A DNA stretch of 64,000 nucleotides, filler included, from an uncultured bacterium (lineage in GTDB: Bacteria > CAYJRR01): the NCBI GenBank assembly GCA_964372275.1. It is 4 parts of 4 records of this genome, joined end to end, with 100 filler letters (N's around TTAATTAATTAA, not from the genome) between each part and the next. Parts side by side here need not be neighbours in the genome. Positions count along the whole stretch, not along the records: positions 51,219 to 64,000 come from CAYJRR010000129.1; 3 more parts are not named here. One strand, given 5' to 3'. Both the position numbers and the translations under genes were made by a program. The notes beneath the pieces were generated by a model. That model did no database searches. It worked only from the letters and a program-made list of their open reading frames with translations, and was not told where the DNA came from. The stretch's first letter is position 1, and the number at the start of each line of letters is the position of its first letter. Of the stretch, positions 58,647 through 64,000 are shown piece by piece.

Positions 58647-60311
58647 ATGTCGTGCCTCTTGCTGCTCGCGGTTCCGCTCTTCGTCGAAGGCACGGACCGA
58701 CTCGGGGATCAGCCGTGCGGACCGGGTGGCGAGGAGGGCTGCTACACCAACTACGTCCAACTCGCCGACCTCGACGGCGACGGCGATCTCGACGTCCTCT
58801 TTCCCAACGCCGACGGCTACTACCAGCAGGGTCCGGCGGAGCCGCTGGTGCTTCTCCGGAACGACGGATCCGGCGCGTTCGAGGACGTCTCGGCGACTGC
58901 CTTCGGCGGCTTCACCGGCTGGTTGCGGCAGGTGGCGATCGGCGACGTCGACGGCGACGCCGACCTCGACCTGTTCGCGCCGGATGCCTGGGCCGGAGAC
59001 GACGCGCTGTTCGTGAACGACGGACAGGGGGCCTTCACCGACCAGGCGGCGACTCGCATCGGCACGGCGTCACGGGCGGGTGCGGCGCGCTTCGGCGACC
59101 TCGACGGAGACGGCGATCTCGACCTGGTGGTGAGCGATTGGGGAAGCTTCCCCCCCACGTCGCAAGGCTCGGCCGTCTTCTTCCGGAACGACGGCGCCGG
59201 CGCCTTCGAGCCGATGGAAGGAGCGGCGCCGCGGGTCGCCGCGCCGGACGGGACCGGACCGATCGACCTCGACCTGTTCGACGCCGACGGCGACTTCGAT
59301 CTCGACCTCCTGATCGACAGCCGTGTGGGGAACGCGCAGCTCTGGCGGAACGACGGCACCGGGACGTTCGAGGACGCGAGCGGCCAGCTCCCGAACCAGC
59401 CGAGCGGCTACGCCTACGGCCCTTCGGCCTGCGACGTCGACGGCGATGGCGACCTCGACCTCTGGATCGACAACGGGACGGCCGAGATCGAGGAGCAGCT
59501 GCTGATCAACGGCGGCGCGGGGACCTTTTCCGACGAGACCGACGCCCGCGTGACCGGGAACGAAACGGTCGACGACAACGGTGTCGTCTGCGCCGACGTC
59601 GACGGTGACCGTGACCTGGACGCGGTGATCGCCGCGCTCGGCGACGGTTCCACCCAGGCGCGGAACGAGCGTCTCTTCGTCAACGACGGGACGGGCCACT
59701 TCGCGCTGCACGCCGACGCCTTTCCGTTGGTCGGCGACTTCACCTTGTGGATCGACCTCGGCGATCTCGACGGCGACGGGCGGCTCGACGCCGTGACGGC
59801 GCAGGGGGAGAGCGGCGCCTACCTCAACCGCCTCTACCTCGGGACGACCGCGGCGCCGGTCGACGACGACCCGCCGGCGTTCCGCGCGGTGCAGGCGGTC
59901 GCCGGCGCGGCGCTCGGGGAGGGGATGCCGGTCCGCTTCGGCGTCTCCGACGCGGTGACGACCGACCTCGGGCCGCGCCTGACGCGCGCGTGGATCGAAG
60001 TCACCGCCGGCGAGGAGACCGAGGAGATCGACGCCGTCTTCGTCGGCGGCGATCTGTTCCAGGCGACGCTGCCGAACGCCGCTGCGGGGACGGTCGCCTA
60101 CCGGGCGTGCGCGACGGACCGCGAAGGGAACTCAGGCTGCTCGGCGGCTCAAAGCTACGAGGTCGCGCCGGACGGCAGCGGCGGGGGAAACGGCGGGGCC
60201 GGCTGCGGCTGCCACCTCTCCGCGAACGGCCCCTCCGTCGCGACGCTGCCGGCAATGCTCGTGCTGGCTGCCGCGCTCATGGGGATCCGTCGCGGGCCGC
60301 GGCGCGGATAG
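58647..60311 (+). CDS. FG-GAP/VCBS repeat secreted protein with MYXO-CTERM-like tail
   Basis: Seven DxDGDGDLD-type repeats, each followed by an LxxNDGxGxF-type motif; C-term GAGCGC...AMLVLAAALMGIRRGPRRG. Confidence 0.88.
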   Translation: MSCLLLLAVPLFVEGTDRLGDQPCGPGGEEGCYTNYVQLADLDGDGDLDVLFPNADGYYQQGPAEPLVLLRNDGSGAFEDVSATAFGGFTGWLRQVAIGDVDGDADLDLFAPDAWAGDDALFVNDGQGAFTDQAATRIGTASRAGAARFGDLDGDGDLDLVVSDWGSFPPTSQGSAVFFRNDGAGAFEPMEGAAPRVAAPDGTGPIDLDLFDADGDFDLDLLIDSRVGNAQLWRNDGTGTFEDASGQLPNQPSGYAYGPSACDVDGDGDLDLWIDNGTAEIEEQLLINGGAGTFSDETDARVTGNETVDDNGVVCADVDGDRDLDAVIAALGDGSTQARNERLFVNDGTGHFALHADAFPLVGDFTLWIDLGDLDGDGRLDAVTAQGESGAYLNRLYLGTTAAPVDDDPPAFRAVQAVAGAALGEGMPVRFGVSDAVTTDLGPRLTRAWIEVTAGEETEEIDAVFVGGDLFQATLPNAAAGTVAYRACATDREGNSGCSAAQSYEVAPDGSGGGNGGAGCGCHLSANGPSVATLPAMLVLAAALMGIRRGPRRG

Positions 60312-61905
60312 AGCGGTCGGGGGCGTTGTCGGCGAAGACGACGCCGGGGTTCTCGCGGACGGCGAAGTCGAGCGCCCAATCCCCCTTCAACAGCAGCACC
60401 GGCCGTCCGTCGCGGTCCTCCGTCAGCAGGCAGGAGGTCTGGCCGTCGAAGTTCGACGGGCGGAACGCCTCCCCCTCGACCCACCGGGCCATGGTGAACG
60501 GCGTCCGTTCGAGGAGCACCTCGACGCCGTACTCCCCGGCGAGCCGGTGGGAGAGCACGTCGAACTGCAGCGCGCCGACCGCGCCGAGGATCGGGTCCTT
60601 CTCCCCCTGACCCCAGCGCTGGAAGACCTGGATCGCCCCTTCCTCCGAAAGCTGGTCGAGCCCTTTCTTGAGCTGCTTTCGCTTGAGCGGGTCCTTCACC
60701 CGGACGGTGGAGAAGTGCTCCGGCGAGAACCGCGGGATCCCCTCGAAGCGGATCTCCTTCGCCTCCGAGAGCGTGTCGCCGATGCGGAACAGTCCCGTGT
60801 CGTAGAGCCCGACGACGTCTCCGGCGAACGCCTCCTCCACCTGCGCCCGTTCCTGTGCCAGGAACATGAGAGGCTTGTTGAGACGTACTTCGCGCCCTTC
60901 GCGCACGTGCAGCGCCGTCATCCCCTTCACGAACCTTCCCGACACCACGCGCAGGAAGGCGATCCGATCGCGGTGGTTGGGATCCATGTTCGCCTGGATC
61001 TTGAAGACGAAGCCGGCGAACGTCGGCGACATCGGCTCCACCGGGCCGGCGCTCGACCCGCGCGGGAGCGGCGGCGGCGCCATCTCGATGAAGGCGTCCA
61101 GGAACGGCTCGACGCCGAAGTTGTTCATCGCCGATCCGAAGAAGACCGGCGTCACCTGTCCGGCGCGGATCTTCGCCGGATCGAGCTCGTTCCCCGCGGC
61201 CTGTAACAGTTCCACCTCCTCGCGCAGAGGCGCGAGGAGCTTCTCGCCGACGGCGGCCTTCGCCGCCTCGGAATCGAACGGGACGGAGGTCGTCGCCACC
61301 TGCCGCGATCCCTTCTCGCCGCCCTCGAAGAGGAGGATCTGCATCGTCCGCAGGTCGATGACCCCCTTGAAGGTCGAACCCATCCCCACCGGCCAGTTCA
61401 CCGGCGCGCAGTGGATCCCGAGGAGCTTCTCGATCTCGCTCATCAGGTCGAGCGGTTCGCGCGACTCGCGGTCGAGCTTGTTGACGAAGGTGAAGATCGG
61501 CATCTCCCGCAGGCGGCAGACCTGGAACAGCTTCCGGGTCTGCGCCTCCACCCCTTTGGCGGCGTCGATCAGCATCACCGCGGAGTCGACGGCGGAGAGC
61601 GTCCGGTAGGTGTCCTCGCTGAAATCCTGATGCCCCGGCGTGTCGAGGATGTTCACCGCGTTCCCGCGGTAGGGAAACTGCATCACCGACGTGGTGACCG
61701 AGATGCCGCGCTCCTTCTCGATCGCCATCCAGTCGGAGGTGGCGGCGCGGGCGGCCTTGCGCGACTTCACCGAGCCGGCGAGGTGGATCGCCCCGCCGTA
61801 GAGGAGCAGCTTCTCGGTGAGGGTCGTCTTCCCCGCGTCCGGATGGGAGATGATGCCGAAGGTCCGCCGTCGGCGGATCTCGTGGGCGACCAGCGGGTCG
61901 ATCAT
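60277..61905 (-). CDS. prfC: Peptide chain release factor 3
   Basis: RRRTFGIISHPDAGKTTLTEKLLL, SDWMAIEKERGISV, DTPGHQDFSEDTYR, FKIQANMDPNHRDR. Confidence 0.98.
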   Translation of the reverse strand: MIDPLVAHEIRRRRTFGIISHPDAGKTTLTEKLLLYGGAIHLAGSVKSRKAARAATSDWMAIEKERGISVTTSVMQFPYRGNAVNILDTPGHQDFSEDTYRTLSAVDSAVMLIDAAKGVEAQTRKLFQVCRLREMPIFTFVNKLDRESREPLDLMSEIEKLLGIHCAPVNWPVGMGSTFKGVIDLRTMQILLFEGGEKGSRQVATTSVPFDSEAAKAAVGEKLLAPLREEVELLQAAGNELDPAKIRAGQVTPVFFGSAMNNFGVEPFLDAFIEMAPPPLPRGSSAGPVEPMSPTFAGFVFKIQANMDPNHRDRIAFLRVVSGRFVKGMTALHVREGREVRLNKPLMFLAQERAQVEEAFAGDVVGLYDTGLFRIGDTLSEAKEIRFEGIPRFSPEHFSTVRVKDPLKRKQLKKGLDQLSEEGAIQVFQRWGQGEKDPILGAVGALQFDVLSHRLAGEYGVEVLLERTPFTMARWVEGEAFRPSNFDGQTSCLLTEDRDGRPVLLLKGDWALDFAVRENPGVVFADNAPDRSIRAAARDGSP

Positions 61906-62441
61906 CGCTCGGCGACGACGACCTTCCCCCAGATCATCTTCCCCATCGCGCAGCCGAACTTGAGCTCCCCGGTCTTCTGCGGAGTGAAGGCGACCGAGAC
62001 CGGCTTGTCGAGCGGCAGCTCCGCCTTCACCGGCGGATCGTCAAAGATCACCTCTTTGGCGCAGGTCTGGGCCTCGGTCCGGGTGAAGGTGAGAAGCAGG
62101 GGTTGGCCGCGCTTCACGTCGATCGTCTGCGGCTCGAACCCCTTCTTGGTGACCTTGACGTCCATGCGCAGGGGCGGGAGCGGCGTGGCCGGAGCTGCGG
62201 CGCTCTCGCCCGTACCGGCGCCCGGTCCGGTCGCGCCGGCCGCCGCCATCGCCGCGCCGTCGGATCCACCGGTGGGAGCGCCCGCCGATGCCGGCGCGCC
62301 GGCGGCGGGGGCGGAGCCGCTGGCGGCGTCCGAACCGGAGGTTCCGCCGGCCGGGGGCGCATCGCCGCCGGTCGTCTCGCAGGCCGCGACGGCGAAAAGG
62401 GACGCGAACAGGGAACGGAGGATCACGCGAGAGGTCTTCAT
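61902..62441 (-). CDS. Cupredoxin-domain (CupA-like) lipoprotein
   Basis: FAVAAC lipobox-like motif, Ala/Gly/Pro tether, GFEPQTIDVKRG...TCAKEVIF...FGCAMGKMIWGKVVV. Confidence 0.82.
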   Translation of the reverse strand: MKTSRVILRSLFASLFAVAACETTGGDAPPAGGTSGSDAASGSAPAAGAPASAGAPTGGSDGAAMAAAGATGPGAGTGESAAAPATPLPPLRMDVKVTKKGFEPQTIDVKRGQPLLLTFTRTEAQTCAKEVIFDDPPVKAELPLDKPVSVAFTPQKTGELKFGCAMGKMIWGKVVVAER

Positions 62442-62534
62442 GGCGCGCAAACCTACGTCACGGGCGCCCCTCCGTCAAAGCCGCGGCTTGAATCCGCGTC
62501 CCCCGCGCGGGAGACTGGCGGCGGAGGTTCGCGC

Positions 62535-63419
62535 ATGGAGCAGCCGGCCGAAGAGGGGCGAAAACGGATCAAGGAGCTGGAGGTGATGGTCGCCGACGTC
62601 GTTCCCGAGACGCCGGACACCACCACCCTCTACTTCTTCACCGGCAACGACCGCTTGAGTTACGAGCCGGGACATTTCCTCTCGATCAATCCGCACCAGT
62701 TCGACGCCCTGGCCCGTTGGGCCAAGTACCTGGAGGACGTGAAGGGGAAGAAGGAGCAGCCGCGCGCCTATTCCCTCTACTCGGCGCCCCACGAACGCTA
62801 CCTCGCCATCACGGTGAAGGAGGAGCGGTACGTCACCGGCGTGACGAAGTACCCGCCGCTGCTGTCGCCGTTCCTGGTCCGCCGCATCCCGCGCGGCACC
62901 CGGATGACGGTGATCGGATTCACCGGTCCCTACACCCTTCCGCCCGACATCGAATCGCGCACCGACCATCTGGTCCACGTCTGCGCCGGCTCCGGGGTCG
63001 TCCCCAACGTGAGCATCCTCAAGCACGCGCTCGAAACCGGAATGAAGCTGAAGCACACGCTGCTCTACTCCAACAAGACCTGGGACGACGTCATCTACCG
63101 CGGGCAGCTCGACGAGCTGCAGAAGAAGCACCCCGGCAAGCTGACGGTGGTCCACGCGCTCACCCGCGATCCGGAGACGGCCTCGCGCGGGCCGCTCGTC
63201 CGCTCCGGCCGGATCGGCGCGGCGCTGTTGCGCGAGTTCATCCCCGATCCGTCGGCGTGCGAGGTGTTCACCTGCGGGCCTGCGATCACCAAGTTCGATC
63301 GCCAGGTGGCGAAGGAGAAGGGACAGGAGCCCGCTCCGCGTTTCCTCGAGACGGTTCTCGCCGGTCTCGCCGAGATCGGAGTGGCCAAGGAGCGGATCCA
63401 TCGCGAGAGCTACGGCTGA
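62535..63419 (+). CDS. Ferredoxin-NADP reductase-like FAD/NAD(P)-binding oxidoreductase
   Basis: RAYSLYS, AGSGVVP, LLYSNK, TCGP, terminal ESYG; GGAGG RBS. Confidence 0.85.
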   Translation: MEQPAEEGRKRIKELEVMVADVVPETPDTTTLYFFTGNDRLSYEPGHFLSINPHQFDALARWAKYLEDVKGKKEQPRAYSLYSAPHERYLAITVKEERYVTGVTKYPPLLSPFLVRRIPRGTRMTVIGFTGPYTLPPDIESRTDHLVHVCAGSGVVPNVSILKHALETGMKLKHTLLYSNKTWDDVIYRGQLDELQKKHPGKLTVVHALTRDPETASRGPLVRSGRIGAALLREFIPDPSACEVFTCGPAITKFDRQVAKEKGQEPAPRFLETVLAGLAEIGVAKERIHRESYG

Positions 63420-63448
63420 CGGCGCGGGCCGCCGGCGGGGGAGGAGCA

Positions 63449-63889
63449 ATGAAGTCGTTCAGGGTATCGGGAGTGGTGCCGGCAACGCCGGCGGTGATCT
63501 ACGAGTCGTGGCTGGACGGGAAAAAGCACTCGGCCTTCACCGGCGGAAAGGCAACCATCCAGCGACGCGTCGGCGGGCGCTTTACGGTGTGGGACGGTTA
63601 CGCCGAGGGGACGACACTCGCGCTCGAGCAGGACCGCCGCATCGTCCAGAGCTGGCGCGCCTCCGACTTTCCCGACGACAGTCCCGACTCGACGCTGGAG
63701 GTGAGCCTCGAGCCCACCCGCGGCGGAACCCGCGTCACGTTCCGCCATTCCAAGGTCCCCGACGCGAACGCCGCCGATCTGAAACAGGGGTGGATCGACT
63801 TCTATCTCACCCCGATGCGCGAATACTTTTCGACGCTCGCGGTCCGTCGGGAGAATCGCACGGCGTCGATGCGTCGAAAACCGCGGTAA
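63449..63889 (+). CDS. SRPBCC/AHSA1 (Activator of Hsp90 ATPase-like) protein
   Basis: IYESWLDGKKHSAFTG, VGGRFTVWDG, RIVQSWRASDF, GWIDFY. Confidence 0.88.
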   Translation: MKSFRVSGVVPATPAVIYESWLDGKKHSAFTGGKATIQRRVGGRFTVWDGYAEGTTLALEQDRRIVQSWRASDFPDDSPDSTLEVSLEPTRGGTRVTFRHSKVPDANAADLKQGWIDFYLTPMREYFSTLAVRRENRTASMRRKPR

Positions 63890-64000
63890 GCGGCGCAAGA
63901 AGCCGGACCGTGAGGGGCCGATGAAGTGGAAGGCGGTCGGCTCCAGCTAGGAGCCCGTCCGGCTAACGCCGGCCGCGCTCCCAGGCGCTACCGATTTCAG

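Overview
High-GC bacterial DNA, most likely a metagenome-assembled Myxococcota/deltaproteobacterial genome. The evidence is MYXO-CTERM-like tails, the smc-roadblock-ftsY-zapA-5FCL-ymdB-tyrS gene order and a 16S 5' end. The window is four separate contigs joined by artificial 100-nt spacers (N44-TTAATTAATTAA-N44 at 17379, 34742 and 51119), so gene neighbourhoods across those spacers are not real. Contig 1 has a heavy-metal RND operon (TolC end, CusB, CusA, plus an unexplained outer-membrane-barrel-like gene) carrying extra Cys/His/Met-rich modules, a divergent RlmN/Cfr-family radical SAM gene coupled to a MATE pump, and a >2200-aa cadherin-like repeat surface protein. Contig 2 has an M16 peptidase (ending in Illumina adapter), rdgB, rph, an amidase, smc with a hinge insertion, ftsY, a Na/Pi transporter, zapA, 5-FCL, ymdB, tyrS, GT4, DUF2752, and tandem rRNA promoters with the 16S start. 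Contig 3 has a methyltransferase, EamA, a lipA-E1a-E1b-E2-second E1a cluster interrupted by an antisense AAA/DUF4143 ATPase, then lpdA, an AHL-lactonase-like lipoprotein, pheA, pfkA, mobA and an MsbA-like ABC exporter. Contig 4 has the end of a crotonyl-CoA carboxylase/reductase, a signal-peptide-bearing Rhs toxin with a papain-fold C-terminus and no adjacent immunity gene, an orphan PilC/GspF, an FG-GAP surface protein, prfC, a CupA-like lipoprotein, an FNR-like reductase and an SRPBCC protein. No CRISPR array, tRNA or transposase was seen. All family calls come from motif recognition by eye; no searches were run.
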